Below, in pieces: positions 35,983-46,250 of a stretch of 64,000 nt of DNA (within the stretch, counting starts at the first letter, position 1; each line of letters starts with the position of its first letter). The notes beneath the pieces are model-generated. The model was not told the DNA's origin and did no database searches. It saw nothing but the letters and a program-made list of their open reading frames with translations. Source of the stretch: an uncultured Verrucomicrobiae bacterium (GTDB taxonomy: Bacteria > Verrucomicrobiota > Verrucomicrobiia > Chthoniobacterales > JAFAMB01); assembly GCA_963813025.1 (NCBI GenBank), contig CAWEXO010000012.1:96001-160000 (forward strand). The letters are read 5' to 3'. Made by a program: the position numbers and the translations under genes.

Positions 35983-36459
35983 TCAGCCTGCTGAGTCCCC
36001 GACAAATGGGAACCGAAAGCCAGAGAAATAAGCAGCAACTCCGCAAGACCAACGGACGCTAATAGAATGTTTGCTGTCCAAAGGGTGGTTATGCTCGTCA
36101 AGGTAATCAGTGAGCTTGGCCGTTTTGACGACTTCTGGGTCAATCTTGTTGCGAGCGAGAAACTTTTTTAGATCGGCATCAGTCAAATGGTTGCTCCGGT
36201 GTGCATGCCCCCAAACTCCATACCCGGCAGCCGTAACTATTTCTTGTTGATTGAAGTGTCAATCAATACACCAATCGCCCTGACGATAGAGGTCATAAAA
36301 GCTGGGCAATTTGTGAGATTTGCCATCAGCGCCCATAACATCGAACCTGTCATCGTGAGCCAGCCTCACATATTTACGGTCGATTTGGGCTCTGGTTTCC
36401 CCTAAGTCAGCGTGGGCGATCGAGGCCACACTGAGAAAGGCTAGTAGTGCGTATTTCAT
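35983..36459 (-). pseudogene. Exported hypothetical protein with in-frame TGA at 36259-36261
   Basis: Signal peptide MKYALLAFLSVASIAHA-DLGETRAQID; ORF 35983-36186 is in the same frame. Confidence 0.5.
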
Positions 36460-36812
36460 CGATTTAAAAGCATGCTTGCTGGATGTGGTAGCCCCGAGCA
36501 TTTCTAATAGGGGGTTCCCGCGGCTCGGTCGCGGTAGTGATTTCCCGTGTGCCAATTAGAGTAGTGTCCGTCTTTGTGGTTGGAATTGGACGAACCAGGA
36601 TACGAGCCGTCCCTTGAACCCGGGACGTGGGATTTGTTGCCTGCAGAGCACCGGCCGGCGCTAGGGCCATAACTAGGATGACAAGTAGGGATGCGAAGAG
36701 TTTATGTATTTAATGAAAAATGAAGAATCGGTGGCTGAAATCAGGACTTAAGAAATAAATTGTTCTAGCTAGAATCCCCAGTTCGGCCAGACTTTGACTA
36801 ACCGGCTCGAAA

Positions 36813-37295
36813 CTAATTGACGTATTTGATGACGTAGAACCGTCCCTCACGACGCATGATCGGCACGGATACGCCGGTACCAAACGCGCTTGCGCCGCCG
36901 CTAAAGTTTGTGACGTTGCCGAAGGTTGTGGCAGTACCCCAACCTGTCGCCGTGGCGTTAGCCGTCGAAACGATGCCCATCGTCTCGGTTTCGTCGGAAC
37001 TAAGAAGGAGTCCATCGCCGCCTCGCTCCTTGGTTAGAGCAGCCAAATGCGGATTGCGGGCCGCCATCATAGGAGGTCCGGCGGGTCGGCTGTCTTCGAT
37101 GTAGCCGATGATCATGAATTTACGAGGCGGCGTGCCGACAACCCAAAGATCAATTCCGTCGACGCTCTTGGATGCCCCTCCTTTACCGATAAGAACTCCT
37201 GAGCCGGAATAGGTGTAGTAGGTACTTGAGCATCCAACGCCAAGAACTGAAAGCGCGATGCCGAGGAGGGCTGCGCCGAATTTGAGATGCTTCAT
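36813..37295 (-). CDS. Putative lipoprotein
   Basis: RBS AAAGGAG; lipobox-like LGVGC; GTPPRKFMIIGYIED...GGDGLLL. Confidence 0.75.
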   Translation of the reverse strand: MKHLKFGAALLGIALSVLGVGCSSTYYTYSGSGVLIGKGGASKSVDGIDLWVVGTPPRKFMIIGYIEDSRPAGPPMMAARNPHLAALTKERGGDGLLLSSDETETMGIVSTANATATGWGTATTFGNVTNFSGGASAFGTGVSVPIMRREGRFYVIKYVN

Positions 37296-37331
37296 TTAAG
37301 ATGTCTCCTTTTCTTTCAGAATGCGGAATCG

Positions 37332-38576
37332 TCATGCAGGGTCGGAGGAAAACTTTCCATGACGAAGAACTGCCCGGTGGAACTGCAGAATCGTCTGGCC
37401 GCTGAGGACGATCTCGAACCGGCAATGTGCGTGATAAAGACGCCCGGCGCGTTCTTGCGCCCAGGTCTCTTCATCGATCGACTGATGCAGATAACTGAAC
37501 GCATCGACCCAATCATGGTAGGTCGCGCGGTTCGGCACTGTTCTGCACCAAGCGTAGGTCTGCCGATCGTTAGTCATATCGTTGCTGATCCAGGCTTTCG
37601 TTGCATTAGCCTTACCGAAGTAGAATGTTTCTTCCCCAAGGTACTGGCTCAAGCTCGGGTAGTCATGGGCCGTTAGCAGCGAACCAATTCCGATCAGGAA
37701 ATCGATCGGCATGGCCGTGCGCGTTTGCGTTGGAGGTTGAGCCCTTGGCGCGGACGGCGCTTCCGCAACGACTTGCCGAAGGCTGATGACCTTAATAAGC
37801 ACGGTCGCTCTGCTTGCTTCGGCGACGATCTCTTGGCGCGTTAGTTTCTCGGTCCGCGAAGAGAGCGAAAAATAAGAACCGAAATCTGCAAATACTTGGC
37901 TACTACAAATCGCATGGTTAATTCGCTCTGACATTTGCCCGGTCTGTTTGAGGACATAGAGGGGATTTATGCTGCTTTTCACGACCCCGACGACCTCGCC
38001 GCGGTCGTTAAGAACTGGTCCCCCGGAATTACCAGGGTTAACGGTCGCATCGATTTGCAGGAGTCCGGGTCGAACCGCGTTTATCTGACCGCGACTGGCC
38101 GACACGCCATCACCCAGTATATTGCCCAGGGGATAGCCGAATACGAACACGTCATCCATGATTTGGGCTCCGTCCGAATCGCCTACTGGCAAAACATCGT
38201 AGTTGTCACCTTGAATCTTGAGCAGAGCGAGATCATGAACGGTATCGTCAACAATGACCGCCGCACTGGCGTCATTGGTTTTGCCGGGAACCGATACGTA
38301 GATTTCCCTGGCGTTCTCGACCACGTGGTGGTTCGTAATAACGTATCCGTCCTTGCGAACGATAAAGCCGCTGGCGGTGCCATCGGCCTTAAGATTGGGA
38401 GCGATCGTCGCAAGGAGTATCACCCCAGCTAGTAGCTTTCTGCAGGGCGAATTGGTTGGCCAACCAATCAAGACGGTTCCGAGCTTCAAGCCGGAACCGG
38501 AAGATTTCGTCGCAGATTTTCGTGAGAATCCAAGGTTTATCGGCGAGCGGAGGAAAGCGATCACTGATGCAAGCAT
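37332..38576 (-). CDS. Trypsin-like (S1C) serine protease with C-terminal extension; start uncertain
   Basis: ASGFIV, ITNHHVV, DLALLKI, GYPLG, QIDATVNPGNSGGP. Confidence 0.85.
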   Translation of the reverse strand: MLASVIAFLRSPINLGFSRKSATKSSGSGLKLGTVLIGWPTNSPCRKLLAGVILLATIAPNLKADGTASGFIVRKDGYVITNHHVVENAREIYVSVPGKTNDASAAVIVDDTVHDLALLKIQGDNYDVLPVGDSDGAQIMDDVFVFGYPLGNILGDGVSASRGQINAVRPGLLQIDATVNPGNSGGPVLNDRGEVVGVVKSSINPLYVLKQTGQMSERINHAICSSQVFADFGSYFSLSSRTEKLTRQEIVAEASRATVLIKVISLRQVVAEAPSAPRAQPPTQTRTAMPIDFLIGIGSLLTAHDYPSLSQYLGEETFYFGKANATKAWISNDMTNDRQTYAWCRTVPNRATYHDWVDAFSYLHQSIDEETWAQERAGRLYHAHCRFEIVLSGQTILQFHRAVLRHGKFSSDPA

Positions 38577-38750
38577 TCGTCCTCGTTGGAGAGTTGATGT
38601 GTGTTGAGCGGCCCATTTGAAAACGCAGCTGCATGTCATAAGACGGATTGTATACGAAAAGTTAAATCTTTTCTTATAATTGTATGTTTTTATAAGCACG
38701 GTCGACAATCGGCCTTGACCCCTGAGCTCCAACGAGCGTAATTTCCGAGC

Positions 38751-39461
38751 GTGGCCGCTGAATCCGACACCGCTCAAGACACTCGAGAACTTTTTAATGG
38801 GGACTCAAAAACTCCTTTCCAGCTGGCGGAGATGATCCGGCGCACGATTCTGGAGGAGCAGTTCTGTCCGGGGGACCGATTGACCGAGGCCGAGCTCTCA
38901 GAGCAATTCAAAGTGAGCCGTTCACCAGTCCGGGAAGCACTGCTCGCATTGGAAAAAGAGGGGAGTGTCGTTCTGCTGCCGTACCGAGGCGCAATCGTTA
39001 CAGCGCTCTCAGCTGAGGAGGCTGAGGAAATCGCCGAGCTCAGGCTCGCTGTAATCCCTTTCATAGCCAAAGCGGCTTACCCGCAGCTTTCGCCGGCAGA
39101 TTTTATGCTGGCAGAAAAAGCAGCCAAGGTACTGCGAAAGACGAAAATCCCCAGGGAGTACTATCATGAGGCGGTGACGTTCTGGAATGTGTTCCTGAAG
39201 CGAGCCAATCGTCCAATTGCTGTGGAAGTTTTCCGGCAGCTTCAGAACCGGGGTACCCGATATATACCGCTAATCTTGAGACTGTTCCCCGATCCAGAGT
39301 CCAGGCCAAGGCAACGCGAGGAGTTCGTCAGACTTATCCAGCAGGGCAAAATCACAGAAGCAGTCCGGACATTTCGAAAGCTCTACTTCGAGGTGATGGA
39401 GCGTCTAATCGTTCACCTGAAGGAGCGGCGGCTCTCGGAACACAACATGAAGAGACCATAA
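38751..39461 (+). CDS. GntR (FCD) transcriptional regulator
   Basis: PGDRLTEAELSEQFKVSRSPVREALLALEKEG. Confidence 0.88.
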   Translation: MAAESDTAQDTRELFNGDSKTPFQLAEMIRRTILEEQFCPGDRLTEAELSEQFKVSRSPVREALLALEKEGSVVLLPYRGAIVTALSAEEAEEIAELRLAVIPFIAKAAYPQLSPADFMLAEKAAKVLRKTKIPREYYHEAVTFWNVFLKRANRPIAVEVFRQLQNRGTRYIPLILRLFPDPESRPRQREEFVRLIQQGKITEAVRTFRKLYFEVMERLIVHLKERRLSEHNMKRP

Positions 39462-39689
39462 CGGCAGGCCGGGTAAGCTGTGGAGGGATCCTACGATTCG
39501 AGCCGGAGAACTTGCTCGACACTTCAAAGCTCGGATGAGGGATCGGTTCGTCCTGTCGTTCCTGAGCGGCCTCTGAAGTCGAGCCTTACGGTCAGAAATC
39601 GTGAGATATTGTCAAAAGTTGTGTATCAGGGACGGCGCATCCCTGTTGAAGTGATTGGTTAAGCGGACTGTTGGGATTGTTCCTCACCA

Positions 39690-39800
39690 TCGACAAAAAG
39701 GACCAGTAAACACCTTTGGGATCAGCTCGAAGCCGGTCGAACCGATGCCAACGTTTTGGGGCTTCCAGCCCCAGTTTAAAGACCATGGCCGGCGTGCTTA
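39690..39800 (-). pseudogene. IS256-type transposase C-terminal remnant
   Basis: AMVFKLGLEAPKRWHR. Confidence 0.55.
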
Positions 39801-39883
39801 AATTCATGCCCCGATGGGCTTCCGGTCTGGCAAGGCCGCGCCTCCGAGTCTAACATTTAGCGAGAGGGGCTCGCACGATCTTA

Positions 39884-40230
39884 TTAGGTGACCGATACGC
39901 TAATTATTAGGTGCCCGTTGGCGCTTGTGCCGATAGCCAGGACAGGGAGATCGCGTTTTGCAGGACCCTTCGTCACTTTCCCTTCCTGGGTGAATGTTGA
40001 TCCGTGACATTTGCACATGAATGTATGGTCAGCTTCTGCCGCCAGCTTGCATCTGCGATGAGTGCGATAGGATGAAAGGGCGACCAATTTTCCGCCCTTT
40101 CGGACCAGGAAAAATGCTTGATCGCGGAATTTATCGTACAAACCGTCGGCTGCGTAAAGGCCGGCTTGCCCTGCATCAATTACCTGTTCCTTTGCCGGCG
40201 CGTCCAGATGTGATGCGATCGTCGTACGGC
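39884..40230 (-). pseudogene. Rieske [2Fe-2S] protein, truncated, first Cys ligand replaced
   Basis: Box 2 CKCHGS intact; box 1 reads SYRTHRRC instead of CTH..C; no clear start. Confidence 0.7.
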
Positions 40231-40589
40231 CAGAGCGTATTTCCCAGCAAGATCAACAAACTGATCAACAGTTTGTGCCAGGGCTATTCCACACATGAGA
40301 AAAAAGGCCAGACAAAGAAGAGTGTCTTCATCACTTGTGCCGAAGCATTGCCAAAAATTCTCATCTTTCTACTCCCGACCAGCGTATCAGCATGCAACAG
40401 AGCGGGAGCAGGAGCGGTGAGCCGGCTGTCTATAGTCAATGTTGCGATAATCCAGTCTCCGCAAGCTCCGGTATTACGGCGGTTTGCGTGATGGAGAAAC
40501 TCAGCGGCGAGACCCTGACTCAGGCCGTGGGTCGATTTTCGGTAGGCACTACGTTCCAGGTCGCCGGACCGGCTTCTTGAGCAATCTTG

Positions 40590-43424
40590 TTACATGTACA
40601 TGTTAAGACGCGACCCAGAAGGCTGCAGGCGCGCGCCGGTTACCAGCGCATGAAGGCAGTGGCTGACTTGATCGATCCGAATATCTGAACGCGTCAGTGT
40701 ACAGCGCACGCCGCCAATGGCCTTTGGTCCGGCCCGCAGCGCGAAAACGTCTTCCGGAAAAACGATCAGGTTTGTCATAAACCGCATCGCTGCCGACCAT
40801 GCCGCAGCATAGCGTGCGGCTCGTTCGACGTCGCCCACAGCGATCGCAATCTCCCAGGATGCAGCGACGCCCTCGGCGATAAAACCCGTATTGAAACTCG
40901 GCTCATCCGGGCTGAGATCTTCAAGAAACGCACCGCTACTCCCTAGTTGCCGATCAATGGCCCAATCAGTGGCCGCGAAGGCAAGTTCAACCGCCGCCCG
41001 ATCTGCAGTAACCCGGTACAACGCCGCCATGCCCTGCGGCAGCCAGCCGGCCTGTCCCCACCCCGGCAAAGCTGAAAAATGATGTGCGTACCATGCAACC
41101 TGCGCGCCGGCATTCTGGATAGCCCCGAAATTTGCCAAACCGGCCAGCAGAGCTCCGGGCAGAAACTCGTGATCCTCCGGCAGTTCAAGCCGCTTAGGCG
41201 TATACCCGATTCGTCCTTCCGGCCGCAGCAGGCCGCGCAGACGGGCAGCCAGAGCGCGTGAAGCAGCCCGCTGACTGAGCGCCTTATAGCGAGCGACCGC
41301 GCCAAGGAGAACCGCGTCCGCAAGCGTCCCGCCGACGACGCCGGGAAGAACGATGGTACCCTCCCGCACATGGTCCAGACAATAACCGAAGCCGGCGCCA
41401 GCCCCCTCCCGCCAACTCCGTTCCCCAAGAAATAACCCTGCGAGGTCCAGCGCCATCAATCCGTGAATGGCGCGTCCGGCAGTCCCGTAGATCTGCACCT
41501 CGCCGCTGGCCGGTTGTAGCATGTAACGCGGCAGGCGGTCAGCCCCGAGCGATCCGACGATGTAAGTGCCCAGCAAACGGATCAAAGAGGCGGAATCCAG
41601 GGTATCGGCATCACGAACCGCAGAGCCGAACCGCAAAGGGTGGGTATACCGGCCATCATCAACCCATTCGGCGCATTGCAAGGTTCGCCATTCGACCTGG
41701 CGACTTTCGGCTGCAGCCTCGGCACCCGCCAAGCGCACGCAGGTCCGGACGAATTCCGCTCGCGTGAGGTTGTTGTAAACCAGCACCGATGGCAGGAGAA
41801 TCGTGGTTTTGCCGGAATAGTGGATTTCAAGCGCATCAAGCCCGCGCCGAAGCTTGAATGCGACAGTTTGGACGGCCGCCCTGCCGAGCAGTTCCGGATC
41901 GTGCAGGACGGAAACGACTATCGTTCCGCGCGTCAACCCTGAACCGCCCCGCGGGTCAGCGGCCGCCTGTAGCACCGCAGCACGCAGCGCGTCGTCGAAC
42001 TCGGTTCCCAGTGCTAATCCGTATCCGATCAGGCCGTAGTCCGGGTGATAGACGCGGACCGCGACCGCTTCGATACGGCCAATATCCTCCGGCGCACTGG
42101 CCAATGGAAAAGCATCGACTGAGGCCGGAGCACTTGCGCTTTCTTTTTCCTTCGATTGTTCCTCTTTACCCTGCAGTTCGTCGAATAACTGCCGAGCACG
42201 GGCTGTGATCCGGCGACCACACTCTGCGGTCCGCCACCAGCCTGCAGCGCTCTCCGGCGAACCGTACTGCAGCCACGTTTGGCCCGGTTCGACGTATTTG
42301 AAGACCTCGTGGCGGAATAGATCGTGGGGCTCGCCAGGCTCAATGCCTGCATTGGTCACGCGCGCCTGGCGATATTGTTCGACCTCGCTGATGAAAGCCT
42401 GCGTGTTGGGCAGCGCGCCGCCCATCTTACTTGGAAATGCCCGGCTTCGCACCACAATACCGTAACGCTCAAAATCAAGATCTTTGGGCTTAATCAGTTC
42501 GAGCGCGGAAAAAAAAGTGACCGCAATTTTGAGTTCTGGAAGGGCTTGGGGTGTAATGCGCCCATGCGCATCCCGTAGTGTCTCAATTGTTGCCGCAATC
42601 ACGTCCGCACACGGCGCCGCATCGTCCGGATTGAAATGCCAATATCCGCTACGAGCAATTCGGTTATCGTTAGCGCGCTCACGAAAGCTGACAAAGACGC
42701 CTCCCGGGGATGCATAGTTCCGATCCATTTGCAGGGGCGGCCAGGGCGCCAGACCGGTGGCAAGCCACGTGGCCGCTGAAAACCGGGCCAGTGCCGCCGG
42801 GTGCAAACCTTCGGGAGCTCTCACTTTGCCGGTAAGCGGGGCCGGCCGCCGTTCAGGCTTAGCCAGCGTGCGGGCCATACCAAGATCGGACCAGACATCC
42901 AGGATCGCTTCGGCCCGGTAGCCAGCCGAATTTGCCCAATCGAGGCCACCTCGATACGGAAACTGCACCAGGGCGATCGCGCCTTCGACTTCGCCTCCCT
43001 CATTCTCGATAGCCCTGATGGCTTCTGCGATGGAATTGCCGGAGCTGACCGAGTCATCGATAATCACAACCGGGGCAGATTTGTCGAACGGCCCTTCCAC
43101 CTGGCGGCAGGAAACATATTTTTTCCGGCTCTCGCGGATGCAAAGGCCAGTGTAGCGCCCTTCTCCGAGCAGGACGCACGCGGAGAGCAGGGGTATGCCG
43201 GTGTAACCGATGCTTGCTAACTGGGAGGCCCTGAATCCGCGCAGCCGCTCCAGTATGCAGACCGCAGCAAGACGCAATCCCCGCGCTGTCAGGGTTGCGT
43301 TCCAGCTATAAAATGCCCATGGTGCAGGTGTCCGATCCTGATGCCGAATTGGCTGCCCGGCTGAAGCATAAAGAATGCCATGCCGGCTCAAACAGGTGGC
43401 CAGCTCTTCCCGGTTACGGCTCAC
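40590..43424 (-). CDS. Multidomain protein: PyrE-like phosphoribosyltransferase + two AMMECR1-like domains + C-terminal alpha/alpha-barrel-like domain
   Basis: PRPP loop VVIIDDSVSSGNSI; AMMECR1-like GGVFVSF...ELKIAVTFFS...YGIVV...GGALPN and AAADPR...VVSVL...LRRGLDAL...ILLPSV...LAG; helical C-terminus ending IRIDQVSHCL. Confidence 0.8.
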   Translation of the reverse strand: MSRNREELATCLSRHGILYASAGQPIRHQDRTPAPWAFYSWNATLTARGLRLAAVCILERLRGFRASQLASIGYTGIPLLSACVLLGEGRYTGLCIRESRKKYVSCRQVEGPFDKSAPVVIIDDSVSSGNSIAEAIRAIENEGGEVEGAIALVQFPYRGGLDWANSAGYRAEAILDVWSDLGMARTLAKPERRPAPLTGKVRAPEGLHPAALARFSAATWLATGLAPWPPLQMDRNYASPGGVFVSFRERANDNRIARSGYWHFNPDDAAPCADVIAATIETLRDAHGRITPQALPELKIAVTFFSALELIKPKDLDFERYGIVVRSRAFPSKMGGALPNTQAFISEVEQYRQARVTNAGIEPGEPHDLFRHEVFKYVEPGQTWLQYGSPESAAGWWRTAECGRRITARARQLFDELQGKEEQSKEKESASAPASVDAFPLASAPEDIGRIEAVAVRVYHPDYGLIGYGLALGTEFDDALRAAVLQAAADPRGGSGLTRGTIVVSVLHDPELLGRAAVQTVAFKLRRGLDALEIHYSGKTTILLPSVLVYNNLTRAEFVRTCVRLAGAEAAAESRQVEWRTLQCAEWVDDGRYTHPLRFGSAVRDADTLDSASLIRLLGTYIVGSLGADRLPRYMLQPASGEVQIYGTAGRAIHGLMALDLAGLFLGERSWREGAGAGFGYCLDHVREGTIVLPGVVGGTLADAVLLGAVARYKALSQRAASRALAARLRGLLRPEGRIGYTPKRLELPEDHEFLPGALLAGLANFGAIQNAGAQVAWYAHHFSALPGWGQAGWLPQGMAALYRVTADRAAVELAFAATDWAIDRQLGSSGAFLEDLSPDEPSFNTGFIAEGVAASWEIAIAVGDVERAARYAAAWSAAMRFMTNLIVFPEDVFALRAGPKAIGGVRCTLTRSDIRIDQVSHCLHALVTGARLQPSGSRLNMYM

Positions 43425-43442
43425 GACCGAATGACCGCTCTA

Positions 43443-43844
43443 TTATCCTTGGGCGCCCGTCGAAGCCCGGAGAGCAGCGATGCTCGCCTCGATAGAACTG
43501 AGCCGTTCGAGGATCGCGCTGATATACTGCGTCAGCTCGCCGAATTCGGCTGGAGGAAGTTCATTCGGGGCACCGGGACCTGGACGATGGAGGATGAAAT
43601 CTCGAATCGGCGGGAGTTCGTGAGGATTAGGCCTTGGCGATCGCGGATTAAATTTTATGATCAGCAGCTCGGATTCGAGCGCGTGTACGCGGTCGCGCAA
43701 ACGGAATAATTCGGTGACCGCCTCGCGGTCAAAGGCATAAACCGGGCCTGCAGGTAATTCCTCGACTCCCGGACGCGGAGGATGCGCCCGTCCGCCGCCG
43801 CCTTCGACGGGGCCGGCCGGCAATTCAACAATATGTTCTGGCAT
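43443..43844 (-). CDS. Small Pro-rich protein with four ELP motifs (candidate substrate/precursor)
   Basis: VELPAGP, EELPAGP, PHELPP, PNELPP plus two heptad helices; 18 bp upstream of the large gene, same strand; ATG at 43844 preceded by GAAAG. Confidence 0.7.
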   Translation of the reverse strand: MPEHIVELPAGPVEGGGGRAHPPRPGVEELPAGPVYAFDREAVTELFRLRDRVHALESELLIIKFNPRSPRPNPHELPPIRDFILHRPGPGAPNELPPAEFGELTQYISAILERLSSIEASIAALRASTGAQG

Positions 43845-44052
43845 GGGTTGGCTTTCGTTCTGCGATTTGAACAGAAGGGGACAGAAAACTAACAGTAATA
43901 GCAAATGCCAAAGCGACCCCGGATGCAACACGAAAAAGCAACGACTACCCGAAAGGAGTAAATTTGGTTAGTTCTATCAATGGCCGGTTTCTCAGACCCA
44001 AGTCGTTTGTGGCAGCAGACGTTGAAAGATCTAGGAAGTGGACGACGGAAAA

Positions 44053-44245
44053 TCAGAAGGCAGGTACATGGACGACGCTGAATCGTTCGTAAACAAGCGG
44101 CATTCGTTCGTCAAACGCTCCATCCTTGAAGCACTGCCGATTAAAGTAATTCCGATGAGCTTTCCTCCAGTACGCCAGCGATCGATCCCCCTCTCCTTCG
44201 TCGTAGGCGAACCACTCGGGAACTTCATTGAAGGGCATGACAAAA
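44053..44245 (-). pseudogene. ASCH-domain C-terminal fragment
   Basis: PFNEVPEWFAYDEGEGDRSLAYWRKAHRNYF...LVYERF. Confidence 0.75.
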
Positions 44246-44778
44246 ACGTCGACAGTTTCAATAACCGCTACCGGGACACCGTTTCCATCGAGAACGACAG
44301 AATGATCTCCTCTTTCCGGCAGTGGCTTTTTGCTCTTCTTCGTAGGTCCAGAGCGCCGAGCAGGTCGCAGTTTTCAGGCCTGCTCGTACGAGCATAGCCA
44401 AGCTGAGGCCACCGAGCTGGCTGGATTTCCCTACGAGGAGCGCGGCTATCTCGTTCTATAGATGTCGGCAGTGTAGTTAGTAAGACGCTTACCCTCGAAG
44501 TGCTCTTCGCCATAAATTCCTGCCCGGCGTCCTTTGCCTCTGTTTGATTCACCCAGCAGCTTGAGGTGAGGACGGATTCATGCAATACCTGCCCGTGGTG
44601 ATGGCGCTTCGCCTTTGGCTACGGCTGATATTATTGCTTGTTAAGACGTGACCCTATGATGTGTGTCCCTATCTAACCTCAAATCTTACGGGCCAGCATG
44701 TGGAGTTTGTACGGACACAGGCGGACTCCAAATTTGTATCTGTTTTGGCTTGCTTCAGCAATCGACCAGAAGCGGGAA

Positions 44779-45693
44779 ATGATGCATAATATGCGCGTGA
44801 AGACGGAGATACGGAAACGGATCGACGCCATCTTCCGCCCCGATCCGCCCAAGAAAGATAGTGCTCTGGCCGGGATGGCGCAGTGGGCCAAGCAGCTGGA
44901 CGAGCAGTTCCTTGCGCAGGCTCGCCATCGCGCGCAAGTTCGCAAGGCGCTGGCGTTCACTCGGGACACCCTGCCACAGAAGTACGAAGCAGGCGCCGGA
45001 TTCGAAAAGGAGCGTGAAAAGGCTCGTGCGGCACTCAAAAAATGTAAGCCACCCAAGCTACCACCGGTGAAAGTTCCGAAACATATTGACCGGATCTTCA
45101 GCGGTTCCATCGGCGCCAGCTACGGGCCGCCATACGACGTGCAATGGACTTGGCAGCAGCAGCAGGGAGACCCTCCAAGCCCGCAAGTGTCGGCCGACGC
45201 GAACTCAGGCACGATGCAGCTTAGTGCTGTGACGCTTGATGACACATCGGCGGTTGCCGCGCGCGCGGCGGTAGGCAATTGGCTGTCCGCCCCGCTCGGC
45301 ACCTCCACCATGAACATCTACGCGGCGCCAGCCATCGACTGGTCTTGGGTGGTAGCTGTGTTGAGCAACTGGGGCGAATCGGCTGGATGGCTCGGCTTCG
45401 TTGTGCAAAGTTCTGACCGCGCCGGCAATTTTGTGGCTACGGTTATCGAGCAGCAACTCCCGATTTGGGACGTGCAGCTCAACGCTCCGTCGTTCCCTTG
45501 GCCTGGTTGGATCCAGTCCCAGTCGGACCAAGGCTCGACTTCGGGCTATTCGCTTCAGGCGCAGTTCACGGCGGTCGAAGGACTGTTCTACACGATCTGG
45601 ATATGGTTCGGTGTCTATGCGGCCGAGGGGGACAATGTTATTGCCACGTTCTCGCCGGTCACCGTGCCGTATTTCACATGGGTGAACGGGTAA
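44779..45693 (+). CDS. Hypothetical protein (basic helical N-terminus, Trp-rich beta C-terminus)
   Basis: Long ORF with coding-like composition; no recognised family. Confidence 0.7.
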   Translation: MMHNMRVKTEIRKRIDAIFRPDPPKKDSALAGMAQWAKQLDEQFLAQARHRAQVRKALAFTRDTLPQKYEAGAGFEKEREKARAALKKCKPPKLPPVKVPKHIDRIFSGSIGASYGPPYDVQWTWQQQQGDPPSPQVSADANSGTMQLSAVTLDDTSAVAARAAVGNWLSAPLGTSTMNIYAAPAIDWSWVVAVLSNWGESAGWLGFVVQSSDRAGNFVATVIEQQLPIWDVQLNAPSFPWPGWIQSQSDQGSTSGYSLQAQFTAVEGLFYTIWIWFGVYAAEGDNVIATFSPVTVPYFTWVNG

Positions 45694-46059
45694 GGAATTG
45701 GTGCCGCGCCGGAGTTTCAGCACGACACGGAATTTGGTCCAGAGCTGGCGGTCGCCCGCGTGGACCTTTTGCCGGACGGAGGGTCATAATCATGTACACA
45801 TACCACACAAGAAAGGGTTGAACATCCGCGGTGAGGCGTGTGTCTAAGATTGGGACCTTTGGCGACCACCCCGAGCAGCAAATAGTATCCTGATCCTCAG
45901 ATCTTCTACCAAACGCTTTGATCCTCTTGCCCCAAGGCGCGTGGCAAAACCCGCACCGACTCCCTCGACACTTCGAAAAGGATACTAAGAATGGCACAAG
46001 CAGAAACTGAAAAACTAACCTAGATCCTCTGGGGTGCGGCGCTAAGTCGAGCAGTTTGT

Positions 46060-46205
46060 AGCATTGCCGAACTCGGTATTGCCGATCAGATCGAGGCGGG
46101 CTCGCCGCAATCTGTGGAATCGCTCGCCAGAGCGGCGGGAACCCCATGAGCGTTTCCTCTATCGAATACTACGTTTCCTGGCCAGTCATGGAATATTCCA
46201 GGAAA
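46060..46205 (+). pseudogene. O-methyltransferase dimerisation-domain fragment
   Basis: ELGIADQIEAG..SVESLARAAG then, after a frameshift, HERFLYRILRFLASHGIFQE. Confidence 0.6.
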
Positions 46206-46250
46206 AAGCAAGCGCCAGTTCGACCATCTTCCAAACTACGCTCATCAAGA

